64,000 nucleotides of DNA, taken from a phage. The stretch lies in the sequence record PZ452591.1. The stretch is one strand, 5' to 3'. The first letter of the stretch is position 1; every line of letters starts with the position of its first letter. The notes below the pieces were generated by a model that had not been told where the DNA came from, did no database searches, and saw only the letters and a list, made by a program, of their open reading frames with translations. The position numbers and the translations under genes were made by a program. Shown here piece by piece: positions 18,778 to 28,421 of this stretch.

Positions 18778-19397
18778 TCAACTACCTCAATATCATAAAC
18801 TTTAAATGTTCCAAATGAATCGTGTAATTTTTCTTTTGAAATAGAAGTTATTCTATACTTTCCAATTGGAATCATCCATTCTTGTTCACGCACAATCATC
18901 ATTAAGTTATCAGTACGCTCTGAATCTAGCCCATCAGTATCTTCATATGTATACTTAAACTCAGTATTAGGAGAAGAAAGTATAATATCGCTGATATGGT
19001 CAGAATAATTAAAAGCTTTATCAGTTTTTAAGCGAAGTATTATTTTAGTAAAATATTCAGCATAAGAAAAAGAACATGCTGTGAGCAAACTAGTAGTAAA
19101 TGAATCTACCCTGTTCGTTGAAAACACTTCTCCAACTTGTAAATCTTTAATGAGTTCTTTTGTCGATTTTGATATACCACGATATAACTGATAAGGTGAT
19201 TTAGTTAAATGCTTTTTAATGATTTTATTCAACTGCCGATGAAGAGCTTCATTCTTTTTGGCTTCCATACATTGCCAAAGAACGGATTGTTCAAAGTCAG
19301 TAAATTTTTCACAGACTTTTTTATACATATCATATTGAAAATCAACGCTTTCAGCTTTTATAGATAACTGTTCAACATCTGCAAGATTAATAATCAT
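18774..19397 (-). CDS. modB: ModB ADP-ribosyltransferase (207 aa)
   Basis: Position and size match T4 ModB. Confidence 0.75.
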   Translation of the reverse strand: MIINLADVEQLSIKAESVDFQYDMYKKVCEKFTDFEQSVLWQCMEAKKNEALHRQLNKIIKKHLTKSPYQLYRGISKSTKELIKDLQVGEVFSTNRVDSFTTSLLTACSFSYAEYFTKIILRLKTDKAFNYSDHISDIILSSPNTEFKYTYEDTDGLDSERTDNLMMIVREQEWMIPIGKYRITSISKEKLHDSFGTFKVYDIEVVE

Positions 19398-19404
19398 GAT
19401 AGCC

Positions 19405-19460
19405 TCCGTATACTTCAGAAGCTATCATATCATTGTTAGAAAGGAAAGTAAACAACTTTT
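19405..19460 (-). promoter_or_regulatory. early promoter (-35 GTTTAC 19448-19453, -10 TATGAT)
   Basis: Read directly upstream of modB. Confidence 0.45.
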
Positions 19461-19464
19461 TGAA

Positions 19465-19647
19465 TTATTTTGCCCAGGGAGCCCAGGGCGGAGGGTCAAG
19501 ATGGTATGAAGCTAGTTCTTCTAGAAGAGCATCTGGGGCTTCAATTCCATAATTCTGTAATACTATACGGTACTCTTTCTTATAATCACTAGAATCATTC
19601 TGGTTATTCGTAGAATGATTATCTTCTAACATCTCAAATAAATCCAT
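19465..19647 (-). CDS. hypothetical acidic protein (60 aa)
   Basis: ORF. Confidence 0.45.
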   Translation of the reverse strand: MDLFEMLEDNHSTNNQNDSSDYKKEYRIVLQNYGIEAPDALLEELASYHLDPPPWAPWAK

Positions 19648-19655
19648 ATTAATTC

Positions 19656-20126
19656 CTAGCGATAAAAACCAAAATAACGATTAGCTTCAATAATCTTTCT
19701 TTCTTCTTCGGACATTCTCCAGCGTAGTCCAACATCAAAATGAGCCCAGACCATTTTAACAAATGCATTTATATCTTTAATATCTTCAATAATGAATGTT
19801 TTACTTTTAAAAGGCTGACTCGCTAATTTAACTTTATCATCTTCAAACAGGTCAAAAAGACCATATTCATGAGCTCTTTTATAGCCTTTAATAGTTAAAG
19901 CTTCGGAAGAAGAAAACGGTGAATCAGTATTCTGCAAAATATCTTCAGTATGCTTTATAATTAGAATAATATTTTCTGGATATTTTCTTTCTTTTATATC
20001 TTTAATTAAAAAATCCGGATTTTCTGCTAAAGGAATAATTAATGAGCATTTTTTATCAAGTGTATTTACTGATTTACCTTCTTTAGACATAAATTCTATT
20101 GAATAATGTTTTGCTACTTCAATCAT
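19656..20126 (-). CDS. hypothetical protein (156 aa), at the mrh position of T4
   Basis: Position and size only. Confidence 0.5.
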
Positions 20127-20283
20127 GGGATTTCCTTTTGCCTACTAATGGACCATCAGGAATTTTGTTTTCCTGGATATATTTCTCATTTTCTTCCATC
20201 ATTTTACTGCCAATTTTAAGAAGCAAATCCATTGCTTCATTTGCTTTTGCTTTAGCCTCTTCCAATGTCATATCTTTGTTCAT
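20119..20283 (-). CDS. small coiled-coil protein (54 aa)
   Basis: ATGA overlap with upstream gene; [37 protein letters not shown]... Confidence 0.35.
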
Positions 20284-20483
20284 GATTTATCACCATAGAT
20301 GTCTCTCATCAATTTAAGTGCTGAGCGTTCTAATTTCTTTTCTTTCTCAGCACTAATCATTGATTTCATCCATTCTTCCGATTCGTTCTGCATTTCTTTA
20401 TTTGCTTGTTCAACCCAACCATCATCAATGTACATTGAGTTTGGTCTATTGAACCATTCAAGTATTTTCTTCAGAACTTTCAT
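20280..20483 (-). CDS. hypothetical protein (67 aa)
   Basis: ORF. Confidence 0.5.
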
Positions 20484-20943
20484 TTGTTTTACCTAAAACA
20501 ATAGTAGGAGCATTGTCAAATTTATGAATTTTTAGCAAATTTGGATTTAAATTATTCCATAAAGAGGTAATAAAATATGATAGCGCACTTTCGTCCGTAA
20601 TTATAAATTTATTTCCTTTATCTATTTTCCAATCATGTATTGAATCATATGAATAGAAGGATAACGGTTTATTATTATAATATGCTTCAGCAACATCAAT
20701 ATAGTTAGATTTAGTAAATGCTTGAATTGCCATAAATGGAGAATTTTGTACAGTTTCAATAATTCCGATCTTTTTAAGTTTTATTTCAACATCTTCTGGA
20801 ATTGGCATTGAAATAAAATCTTCTACTAGATACATATTATTGTCATATCTTTTATCAATCATTACTGCTACGGTAATTGGAACATCCTTGACAAACGCCA
20901 TACTAATACTATTGATAGACATTTCAAACAAAATTGCTTCCAT
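20458..20943 (-). CDS. hypothetical protein (161 aa)
   Basis: GAGGAAAATT SD then ATG at 20943; track start is TTG. Confidence 0.5.
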   Translation of the reverse strand: MEAILFEMSINSISMAFVKDVPITVAVMIDKRYDNNMYLVEDFISMPIPEDVEIKLKKIGIIETVQNSPFMAIQAFTKSNYIDVAEAYYNNKPLSFYSYDSIHDWKIDKGNKFIITDESALSYFITSLWNNLNPNLLKIHKFDNAPTIVLGKTNESSEENT

Positions 20944-20951
20944 AATTTTCC

Positions 20952-21293
20952 TCAATCACAAGATGTAGATGAACAACTAGAATCACAAGAACTTCCACAT
21001 GAATCGCCCGTCCATACATGAACAGGAACATTAGTATCATATGAATCAGAACTAGACTGTGTATTCTGCGTATTAGATGATGTAGTAGGTGTTGACCAGC
21101 GCCAAGGATTTTTATAATATTCTTGGGCTTCTTCATAAGTCATAGTAACTGCTTCTACTGTTCCATCTCCCATATAAACATATTCAACTACAGTTAAAGG
21201 AAGGTAGTCATTTGAAATAGGAACTACACCTTCTCCAGGAGTCGTAGAGAAAAAATCCGTAAAGAAACTTTTAAACCAATTAAAGATAAACAT
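20952..21293 (-). CDS. hypothetical protein with Ser/Cys-rich C-terminal tail (113 aa)
   Basis: C-terminus ...[19 protein letters not shown]. Confidence 0.5.
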   Translation of the reverse strand: MFIFNWFKSFFTDFFSTTPGEGVVPISNDYLPLTVVEYVYMGDGTVEAVTMTYEEAQEYYKNPWRWSTPTTSSNTQNTQSSSDSYDTNVPVHVWTGDSCGSSCDSSCSSTSCD

Positions 21294-21499
21294 TACAAAA
21301 AGCCTCTTTTGAATTCAACTTGCTTCTCACCATAATCATATCGAATTTCTGCATTAAATTCGACAGAACCATCTGCGTACATCATAAATGAATGCACAAC
21401 AACTTCTGTAGACCATGGTTGTAGTTCATATTTCTTCATTACATGTCGTGAAATGATAATATCTAAATCTTCATTTGGTTTAATCCAGCGATTTAACAT
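21293..21499 (-). CDS. hypothetical protein (68 aa)
   Basis: GAGGAG SD. Confidence 0.5.
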   Translation of the reverse strand: MLNRWIKPNEDLDIIISRHVMKKYELQPWSTEVVVHSFMMYADGSVEFNAEIRYDYGEKQVEFKRGFL

Positions 21500-21519
21500 A
21501 GTGCTCTCCTCTATAAGAT

Positions 21520-21560
21520 AATTTTATTATACCATACTCATTTTGGAAAGTAAACCGTTT
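21520..21560 (-). promoter_or_regulatory. early promoter (-35 GTTTAC, -10 TATAAT)
   Basis: Minus strand CGGTTTACTTTCCAAAATGAGTATGGTATAAT. Confidence 0.45.
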
Positions 21561-21565
21561 AAATG

Positions 21566-21590
21566 AAAAAAGGACTCCCGAAGGAGTCCT
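21566..21590 (-). terminator. CUUCGG-type hairpin terminator after soc
   Basis: AGGACTCC-CGAA-GGAGTCCT 21571-21590, then U6 on minus RNA; 5 nt after soc stop. Confidence 0.55.
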
Positions 21591-21595
21591 TGAAT

Positions 21596-21841
21596 TTATT
21601 CACCAGTTACTTTCCACAAATCTTCATTTGCAGCAATCCATTCAGTACGTTGATTTTCTTCATATACTGTAGAATATGCTGCTTTTTCTGAAGGGAATGT
21701 CTGGTAATGAGCGCCAGAAATTTTGTGAACGTCAGAATAAAGAGGGAAAGCTACAGAAATTTCCTTTCCTTCAATTTTCTTATTTCCATCTAATTTCTGC
21801 TCAAATGTTTTAATATTAACATAACCGCGAGTACTAGCCAT
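21596..21841 (-). CDS. soc: Soc small outer capsid protein
   Basis: Protein recognised as T4 Soc (MASTRGYVNIKTFEQKLDGNKKIEGKEISVAF...). Confidence 0.9.
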   Translation of the reverse strand: MASTRGYVNIKTFEQKLDGNKKIEGKEISVAFPLYSDVHKISGAHYQTFPSEKAAYSTVYEENQRTEWIAANEDLWKVTGE

Positions 21842-21864
21842 GTAATTCTCCTTTTATTTAAATT

Positions 21865-21885
21865 ACATGATTATTTATAATAAAT
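21865..21885 (-). promoter_or_regulatory. T4 late promoter TATAAATA upstream of soc
   Basis: Minus strand TATAAATA = forward TATTTATA at 21872-21879; AAGGAG SD follows. Confidence 0.5.
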
Positions 21886-21924
21886 TCTCGCGGCTTTTAA
21901 GTCGTCGTTTAAATAAACGAGCTA

Positions 21925-22443
21925 TTAATAGCCTCGATCTTGACGTGCGAAATTTTCGGCATTTTTCAGATAATAAAGTTTAAAGATTTCTTCAGCTGAC
22001 ATTCCAAGAGCAATAAATTTATTCATGAAAAAGTGAAATTGGTCAATCAGTTCAAATTTAATTTCAAGCTGATCTTCGGGAGATAAATCTTGAATTTTCT
22101 TGGATTGCATTTCAGAATAACGTTTCTTCCAAGGTTTCCATACAGCAGAAGCTTCTTTTTCACCATTACTCATACCACCAAGAGAAGTATATAGCTCGCG
22201 AGTTTCGTCTGCGATATAATCGTCTTGGTTTCGCAGCCAAGCAAGAACTTCTCCTGCGGTTTCAAGTGAATCAGGATGACGATTTGTTTCTGGCTTATCA
22301 TTAGCCAAACGAATCTGTAAAGACCGCTGCATATCAAGCATAACCTGCAATGGGTCTTTTTCATCACCGAGAATATCCCGGTATTCATTTTGAGCTTTAT
22401 CAACACCTTCGATCAAATGAGCGCATTCATTAAAGTGAGCCAT
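21925..22443 (-). CDS. 56: gp56 dCTPase/dUTPase
   Basis: Protein from MAHFNECAHLIEGVDKAQNEY... recognised as T4 gp56; track start is upstream extension. Confidence 0.85.
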   Translation of the reverse strand: MAHFNECAHLIEGVDKAQNEYRDILGDEKDPLQVMLDMQRSLQIRLANDKPETNRHPDSLETAGEVLAWLRNQDDYIADETRELYTSLGGMSNGEKEASAVWKPWKKRYSEMQSKKIQDLSPEDQLEIKFELIDQFHFFMNKFIALGMSAEEIFKLYYLKNAENFARQDRGY

Positions 22444-22469
22444 TATTTTTCCTTTCAATTCATGGGTTA

Positions 22470-22502
22470 GTAGATTAATTATACAATAAATATATAAAGC
22501 AA
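22470..22502 (-). promoter_or_regulatory. putative MotA-dependent middle promoter for gene 56
   Basis: Minus strand TTGCTTTA (MotA-box-like), 11 nt, TATAAT at 22478-22483. Confidence 0.4.
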
Positions 22503-22514
22503 TAAGGAGGACAT

Positions 22515-22715
22515 ATGGTACAAAAATTAATGGCACTTGTTGATGCCATAAAAGGTAATAAGAAACGTATAGCTTTTACTATTTCTGCTATGGTAGGAAT
22601 TTTACTCTGGAACTTTATTTTATCACCTGTTGCAATTGCTCATGGTGTTAATATTCCAGTAGTTACTCTTGATACATTCGTAGATTTAGCATTTGCTTTA
22701 GTTGGGTTAATTTAA
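22515..22715 (+). CDS. small membrane protein (66 aa), only plus-strand gene in window; convergent with gene 61
   Basis: AAGGAGG SD 5 nt before ATG; hydrophobic segments (AFTISAMVGILLWNFILSPVAIA; FVDLAFALVGLI); stop overlaps gene 61 stop. Confidence 0.5.
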   Translation: MVQKLMALVDAIKGNKKRIAFTISAMVGILLWNFILSPVAIAHGVNIPVVTLDTFVDLAFALVGLI

Positions 22716-23740
22716 ATCTTAGCATATTTAGATAGCCGCATTTTAGCCATCAACCCCTGTGCAATATTATTTTTCATATATTCCATAATTTGTTCAGTGG
22801 TTGCACCTTCCTTTCTAATCATATCATTAACATCTTTTGATTTCCAGGGAGATTTATCCCAAAACATAACCCTTTCTCCTGCATCAACTAATTTAGTCAT
22901 TCGCTTAATAGTGTCAGGGTGACGAGGTTCATTATCTAAGACCCACACACGTCTATCTTTAAATGGAACAACTTCTAGGTCTAATTGACCACCCGTAATA
23001 GCTATACCATTTTCAATAAAAAGTGAATCTATAGGTCCTTCTAGAACATATACATCACCATCTTTAACTCGTTCTACTCCATAGATTTTTGTTGCCTCAG
23101 GATAAGCTTTGATGGTGATATATTTTTGAGGAGCATCTTTCTTTAATGCACGCCCTTGAAAAGACTCAGCTTTTCCATTAGCATTATAAATTGGAATAAC
23201 AAGACGAGGCTCAGGTATTTCCTTTTTATATGTTCCCGGTGCTATACTATTAACTAATTTAGGCCATTCAGTTGTAAACCAAAGATATTTCCATTTATCC
23301 TTTGGAATACAACGAGCTTTTACGTATTTTATAATTGGATGGTCTTCCGCCAGTTTATCTAATCTAACACATGACGGAAGAGATTTAATTATTTTCTTCT
23401 CAGGTTGTTTAGGAAGTTCTTTAAGTTTTTCTACTGGACGACTTTTACCTTTTTCTTTTCTTATTTCAAAGATATACTCACGATATAAATCAGGTTCAAA
23501 CTCCTTTAAATATATTCCGATTGGTGCATGATAGTTACAGTTATAACAATGAATATTTCCTTCATTATTATCACCATAATACCATCCACGGGCTTTATTT
23601 TGGTCGGTTTTTGAATCTCCACACACTGGGCATCTAAACCGCAATTTAAAAGTTGAACTATTATTTACTTGTGTGAATTTAGGTAAATGAGCTAATGCAC
23701 GGTATGCAAACTCATTATCAATCCAAGGTATTGATGACAT
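22712..23740 (-). CDS. 61: gp61 DNA primase (342 aa)
   Basis: Zinc ribbon CPVCGDSKTDQ...CYNCNYH; position and length match T4 gp61. Confidence 0.9.
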   Translation of the reverse strand: MSSIPWIDNEFAYRALAHLPKFTQVNNSSTFKLRFRCPVCGDSKTDQNKARGWYYGDNNEGNIHCYNCNYHAPIGIYLKEFEPDLYREYIFEIRKEKGKSRPVEKLKELPKQPEKKIIKSLPSCVRLDKLAEDHPIIKYVKARCIPKDKWKYLWFTTEWPKLVNSIAPGTYKKEIPEPRLVIPIYNANGKAESFQGRALKKDAPQKYITIKAYPEATKIYGVERVKDGDVYVLEGPIDSLFIENGIAITGGQLDLEVVPFKDRRVWVLDNEPRHPDTIKRMTKLVDAGERVMFWDKSPWKSKDVNDMIRKEGATTEQIMEYMKNNIAQGLMAKMRLSKYAKI

Positions 23741-23742
23741 TT

Positions 23743-23907
23743 TTACTCTTCTTTTTCTTTAGATTCCTCTTTTTTCTTTTTAGGAATCTGTTCAGGACCT
23801 TTATTTACTACAGCGCCTGATGTTGTTCCAGTAGAGATATTTTCAGGATTACCACCTGAATCTCCAGCGACCATATCTTCTTTGATAAATTCTTTATATG
23901 TTTTCAT
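23743..23907 (-). CDS. possible small Lys/Glu-rich protein (54 aa)
   Basis: GAGG SD; TAATATG junction with upstream gene; low-complexity product. Confidence 0.3.
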   Translation of the reverse strand: MKTYKEFIKEDMVAGDSGGNPENISTGTTSGAVVNKGPEQIPKKKKEESKEKEE

Positions 23908-23908
23908 A

Positions 23909-24535
23909 TTAACCTCTATTCATAAAAGCATTAAAAATTTGGTCATCAATAGAAACATTTACTTTAGACTGTTTTTCAGATGGCAATTCATATCCACATA
24001 TTACAATTTTATAATCAATATCAAAATACACAGAAGCAATATGATTAATGATATTTTCAGTAAAGTCTAAATCAACATCAATATCTTTTTGACCAAAGCC
24101 CAAAGGATAAATAATGCGAGTAATTCGATTATCTTTAACAAAGATTCCACCGACATACTCTGTACTGCGTTTAAAGTCTACACGCCGACGAAATGAAAAA
24201 TATTCAGGCTCTTTATGAGCTCGGCTCATAGGGCACAACGAATAACTAGAATAAGAGATGTCAAATCCTACGCCTTCAATATGAACTAAATTGTCATGAT
24301 TAAACCAATTATAATCATATGCCAAGTCCATTAGATTGTCATACGTGAAAGGCACCGGATTAACATCATTGGTCACAAGCATATAATTAGCAACTGCTAT
24401 AATTTCATTATTTTTAACGAATACAAACCGTGATTGATGCGAATGGCCTGGACCTGCGTTTTCACGATTAATGATATAACACTGGGCACCTTTATATTTG
24501 TACGTGTCTTTACACTTGTGCATTTGATAAAGCAT
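23909..24535 (-). CDS. hypothetical protein (208 aa), 61.1 position
   Basis: TAATG overlap with sp. Confidence 0.55.
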   Translation of the reverse strand: MLYQMHKCKDTYKYKGAQCYIINRENAGPGHSHQSRFVFVKNNEIIAVANYMLVTNDVNPVPFTYDNLMDLAYDYNWFNHDNLVHIEGVGFDISYSSYSLCPMSRAHKEPEYFSFRRRVDFKRSTEYVGGIFVKDNRITRIIYPLGFGQKDIDVDLDFTENIINHIASVYFDIDYKIVICGYELPSEKQSKVNVSIDDQIFNAFMNRG

Positions 24536-24828
24536 TATTCACCTACCACTTCAGCGATGATATTTTTATTATTAAAGTTTTTATCGCAATACAGAACATA
24601 ATTATACTGCATTACACCACCAGATTTAAGCTGTTTTTGCACTTCAGCTTTCATTTCAGGGCGATCGCGCTCAACGATATTCATAATATCTGCTTCAATT
24701 TGAGTTTCAACCTCAGTCTGATCTGCAGTCATAGACCATTCGCACAAATCTTTATCATAACCTGCCATAGCAGGCTGAGCAGCACAAGAAGCTAAAGCAA
24801 AAATTGTAGCAAAGATAAATTTTTTCAT
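24535..24828 (-). CDS. sp: Spackle periplasmic protein (97 aa)
   Basis: Signal peptide MKKFIFATIFALASCAAQPAMA; size and position match T4 Sp. Confidence 0.75.
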   Translation of the reverse strand: MKKFIFATIFALASCAAQPAMAGYDKDLCEWSMTADQTEVETQIEADIMNIVERDRPEMKAEVQKQLKSGGVMQYNYVLYCDKNFNNKNIIAEVVGE

Positions 24829-24888
24829 GATAATCTCCTCAGTAGTTTATGTTTATATAGTATCTCAATTTCCAACAAAAGTAAACAG

Positions 24889-25146
24889 TTATTTTAAAAC
24901 TTCTGCATAATCACATGTTACAAACTGTTTCTCTAGCTTGACGATTTTACGAAAGTATCTTTTACATTGACGAATCTGCCGCTTCGTAGGACGTACAGCA
25001 AACTTAATAAATTCCACTCGACCAAATGGAGGGCTTTCTTCTGCTGGAATATCTAACACCAATTCCCACGTATCTGCAATAAGTGCTTTGAATTGTGTAT
25101 TTTTCCTGACGTTATACGGAGTAGGTTTAAATAAAACAATATGCAT
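24889..25146 (-). CDS. tifA: TifA-like small basic protein (85 aa), 61.4 position next to dmd
   Basis: GAGGA SD; TAATATG junction with dmd; basic composition; assignment by position and size. Confidence 0.55.
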   Translation of the reverse strand: MHIVLFKPTPYNVRKNTQFKALIADTWELVLDIPAEESPPFGRVEFIKFAVRPTKRQIRQCKRYFRKIVKLEKQFVTCDYAEVLK

Positions 25147-25147
25147 A

Positions 25148-25330
25148 TTATCCTCGGCAATCCACTTCACATACTTTCTTGTCATCAATGAAAGCTTTAA
25201 CTAATGCTTTATTAACTTCAGCATATTGAGTAGTAGCCCATTGAACGTCATCTTTCATCATTGTGGTTTCTTTAGTAAACATGCTTTCATTCTTAAACCA
25301 CCCCATAAAAACTACCTTTACCAATTCCAT
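25148..25330 (-). CDS. dmd: Dmd, inhibitor of RnlA/LsoA toxins (60 aa)
   Basis: Protein recognised as T4 Dmd (MELVKVVFMGWFKNESMFTKE...). Confidence 0.85.
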   Translation of the reverse strand: MELVKVVFMGWFKNESMFTKETTMMKDDVQWATTQYAEVNKALVKAFIDDKKVCEVDCRG

Positions 25331-25344
25331 AACAATCTCCTCAT

Positions 25345-25400
25345 TTAACCAACAAGACTACTATACCATAGTCTTGTCAGCTTGTAAACTAAAATTTTAA
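25345..25400 (-). promoter_or_regulatory. early promoter (-35 GTTTAC 25384-25389, -10 TATAGT, UP AAAATTTT)
   Basis: Read directly upstream of dmd; overlaps 3' end of gene 41. Confidence 0.5.
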
Positions 25401-26816
25401 TTCATTCGCCAAAGCATCTAACTGAGCTCGAGTGGATTCATTTCTTTGATAGAGATTCTGCTCAGCTTGAATCTGCTGTGAACCTGCTACTTCACTCACT
25501 TCAGTTGGAGTAGAATCTTGTTCAATTTCTACCCATTTCTGATTTCCCTTTTGAACGCCCATCAAAAACTTATTCCATTTGTTCTTATCGCCATATCGTG
25601 ATTTGATTTGCTTAATGAGTTGTTGTTCAGCAGCTGCTAACTCCTCGGTTTCAATGACCGCAAGCATAAAATCGGCTGTTGCTGGAAGACCGGCAGATTC
25701 TGCAATATCGCTCATGTTAACATCGGAAGAGTCCCAAGCTTGTTTACCAACCTGTGCTGCAGTCCAAAGAACAGTTTCGGTTTCAACAGCCAGAGCACGC
25801 AATTCCTCTGCAATAGCTTTAACAGTTGTGTAACTATTTTCTGAATAAACTCTAATGCGGCAAGATTTACAAATACCTAGATAGTCGACAATAATGATTG
25901 TTGGAACAAAATTCTTCTTGAGCTTCAATTCGTTTAAAAGTGATCGAAATGTATTAGCATCTGCTCCACCAGTAGGATACTGTTTAACGATTAAACGACC
26001 AAGAGTAGATTTCTCACGCCATTTTTCCATTTTTCCTTTATACTCAGCGTAAGAAATATGCCCATCATCTATGTCATCAAGAGAAACATCAAGCATATTA
26101 GCATCAATACGTTTAGCACAGACTTCTTCTGCCATTTCCATGGAAATGTAAAGAACATTATGTCCGAGCTGTAAATAATCTGCTGCCAATGAACACAATC
26201 CTAATGACTTACCAACGTTAACACCAGCCATTAAAACGTTCAGTGTTCCAGTCTCAGCTCCGCCTTTAGTAATTTTGTTTAGAATTCTGAGTTTAAATGG
26301 AACCTTACGAGCTTTATTCATATAAGATAGCCAACGTGCTTCGTAGTCATCCATCCAATCATGACCAACATAGCTATCAAATGAAATTGATAATGCTTGC
26401 CGCATGATGTCAGGAATAGCACCAACATCCGGCATTTTCTTATTTCGTTTTTCCGGAGGAAGCTCAGCATTAGTTTGAATTTCGATTATTTTAGACGTAG
26501 CATTAAACATCGCCCTTTGCTGAACATATTTTTCTGTTTCTTTTACTAACCAACTGTGGTCTTCCGGAGAATCAGCCAGTTTTGAAATAAGTGTTTTTAC
26601 ACCAGAATATTCTGTTTCAGTAAATGAACTATTTTCTAATGCAACATTTAACGCATTAATAGATGGAACGCTATGATACTCATTGACATGAGATTTAATT
26701 AATTTGAATGTATTTTTAGCTGGACCACTTTCAAAATATTCTGAATCCATATATGGCCAAACTTTTGAAAAATAAGCTTGATCAAATATGAGATGAGAAA
26801 GAATAATTTCTACCAC
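25389..26816 (-). CDS. 41: gp41 replicative DNA helicase (DnaB-like, 475 aa)
   Basis: Protein recognised as T4 gp41; Walker A GVNVGKS; GTG start. Confidence 0.95.
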   Translation of the reverse strand: MVEIILSHLIFDQAYFSKVWPYMDSEYFESGPAKNTFKLIKSHVNEYHSVPSINALNVALENSSFTETEYSGVKTLISKLADSPEDHSWLVKETEKYVQQRAMFNATSKIIEIQTNAELPPEKRNKKMPDVGAIPDIMRQALSISFDSYVGHDWMDDYEARWLSYMNKARKVPFKLRILNKITKGGAETGTLNVLMAGVNVGKSLGLCSLAADYLQLGHNVLYISMEMAEEVCAKRIDANMLDVSLDDIDDGHISYAEYKGKMEKWREKSTLGRLIVKQYPTGGADANTFRSLLNELKLKKNFVPTIIIVDYLGICKSCRIRVYSENSYTTVKAIAEELRALAVETETVLWTAAQVGKQAWDSSDVNMSDIAESAGLPATADFMLAVIETEELAAAEQQLIKQIKSRYGDKNKWNKFLMGVQKGNQKWVEIEQDSTPTEVSEVAGSQQIQAEQNLYQRNESTRAQLDALANELKF

Positions 26817-26825
26817 ACTTACTCC

Positions 26826-27170
26826 TTAAAAGAATTTAAATTTTTTCTTTGACCTTTTATTAAATGCATCTTGTAGTTGCATTGTAATACATTTTTCTAC
26901 ATGAGGAGCTAACTCAGCTTTTCTTTCTTGGTCAAGAACAGCAAAGTCCATTACAACCTTTCCATCAACCCAATCCAGTTTTGTTACATACACTATATGT
27001 GTAGAACCATCTTCTAGTTTAATGACAATCTCCTGGATAACATTTTCCATAGCGGATTTAATTATCTTAAGAGACTCATTAAAAAGACGTTCTTTTCTTT
27101 CTTCTTCCCCCTCCGAAGAGGGGGATTCATCGATAATTTCTAGATCTAAATCTAAATCATCTTTATTCAT
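26826..27170 (-). CDS. 40: gp40 (114 aa)
   Basis: ATG at 27170 overlapping uvsX 3' end; position between uvsX and 41. Confidence 0.6.
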   Translation of the reverse strand: MNKDDLDLDLEIIDESPSSEGEEERKERLFNESLKIIKSAMENVIQEIVIKLEDGSTHIVYVTKLDWVDGKVVMDFAVLDQERKAELAPHVEKCITMQLQDAFNKRSKKKFKFF

Positions 27171-28344
27171 TAAATTCTTCCATATCACTTAACTGTTCAA
27201 GGTCAGTTTCTAAATCAGCTGCTGATTTACTTTTACTTTCTGGAGATTTAAATTTTTCAACCTTTGAGTTAATCAATTCATCAACTTCAGCTTCAACAAT
27301 TTCATTACTATCAATAGCACCTAACTGATAAGCACGTTTAATAGCATCTCGGAATGGTTGATGCTTAAATAAAGGACCCCAGAATGTAGTGCAGTTAGTA
27401 TCTTTTGCACGCCAAGATTTTTCTTCGCGAATCATCTCGCCGGTTTCTTCATCAAGAAATTCACGAGCATACCAGCCATTTTTAGGTTTTACTACAAATC
27501 CTAATTCTAGAGCCATATCTAACAATCCAGAATAAGGATCGATACCACCGTCAAATTTAACATCAATAAAGAATTTACTTTTTTCTTTAACGGTACGAGA
27601 TTTTTCTACATTTAGAACAAATTGATACCCCTGAAGATCAGAACCATCTTTAATCTGACGCTTACCAATAATGAATACAGTATCAGCTGAATACATTACG
27701 CCTGTACCACCTGTCATCACGGTTTTACTAAACATTTCAATGGTTTCAATTGTATGGTTAACCGCAACACATGGAATATTTTTAATGCTAAAATAAGGAG
27801 TAACAATACGGAATAATGACTTCAGTGATTTAGCACGAGTCATATCTGCCACAGATTTTTCATTCAAGGCATCTTCCGTTTCTTTCTTGGAAGCCATATT
27901 ACCAATTGAGTCGATGAATACAATAACCTTTTCACCACGCTCAATAGCTTCAAGCTGATTCACCATATCAATTTTCAGTTGTTCAACTGACTGGATTGGT
28001 GTATGAATTACTCGTTCCGGGTCAACTCCCATGGATCGCAAATAAGCTGGAGTAATACCAAATTCGCTATCATAGAATAGACAAACCGCGTCAGGATATT
28101 TGTTTAAATATGCCGCAACCATAGTCAAAGACATATTTGATTTAAAGTGTTTAGAAGGACCTGCAAAAATGGTTAAACCAGACTGCATACCGCCATCAAT
28201 CGCGCCGGAAATAGCGATATTAAGCATTGGAATTTTTGTACGGATTACATCCTTTTCATTAAAGAATTTAGATGTAGTCAGTTCAGCAGTCATTTTAGAA
28301 GTGGAAGCTTTAATCAAACGGGATTTTAAATCTGCAATAGACAT
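27163..28344 (-). CDS. uvsX: UvsX recombinase (RecA-like)
   Basis: Protein recognised as T4 UvsX; Walker A GPSKHFKS. Confidence 0.95.
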   Translation of the reverse strand: MSIADLKSRLIKASTSKMTAELTTSKFFNEKDVIRTKIPMLNIAISGAIDGGMQSGLTIFAGPSKHFKSNMSLTMVAAYLNKYPDAVCLFYDSEFGITPAYLRSMGVDPERVIHTPIQSVEQLKIDMVNQLEAIERGEKVIVFIDSIGNMASKKETEDALNEKSVADMTRAKSLKSLFRIVTPYFSIKNIPCVAVNHTIETIEMFSKTVMTGGTGVMYSADTVFIIGKRQIKDGSDLQGYQFVLNVEKSRTVKEKSKFFIDVKFDGGIDPYSGLLDMALELGFVVKPKNGWYAREFLDEETGEMIREEKSWRAKDTNCTTFWGPLFKHQPFRDAIKRAYQLGAIDSNEIVEAEVDELINSKVEKFKSPESKSKSAADLETDLEQLSDMEEFNE

Positions 28345-28421
28345 TCATTTTTTCCATAGGCATCATTATATTTTCCTCACTGGTTAAAGATAGAGTAATT
28401 ATAACACAATAAATTTAGGCA

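Noticed and set aside
22471-22500. T4 late promoter (TATAAATA) for the plus-strand ORF 22515-22715
   Set aside because: Only 7 of 8 matches (AATAAATA / TATATAAA) on the plus strand. Too weak to call, so the promoter for this ORF is left unassigned.
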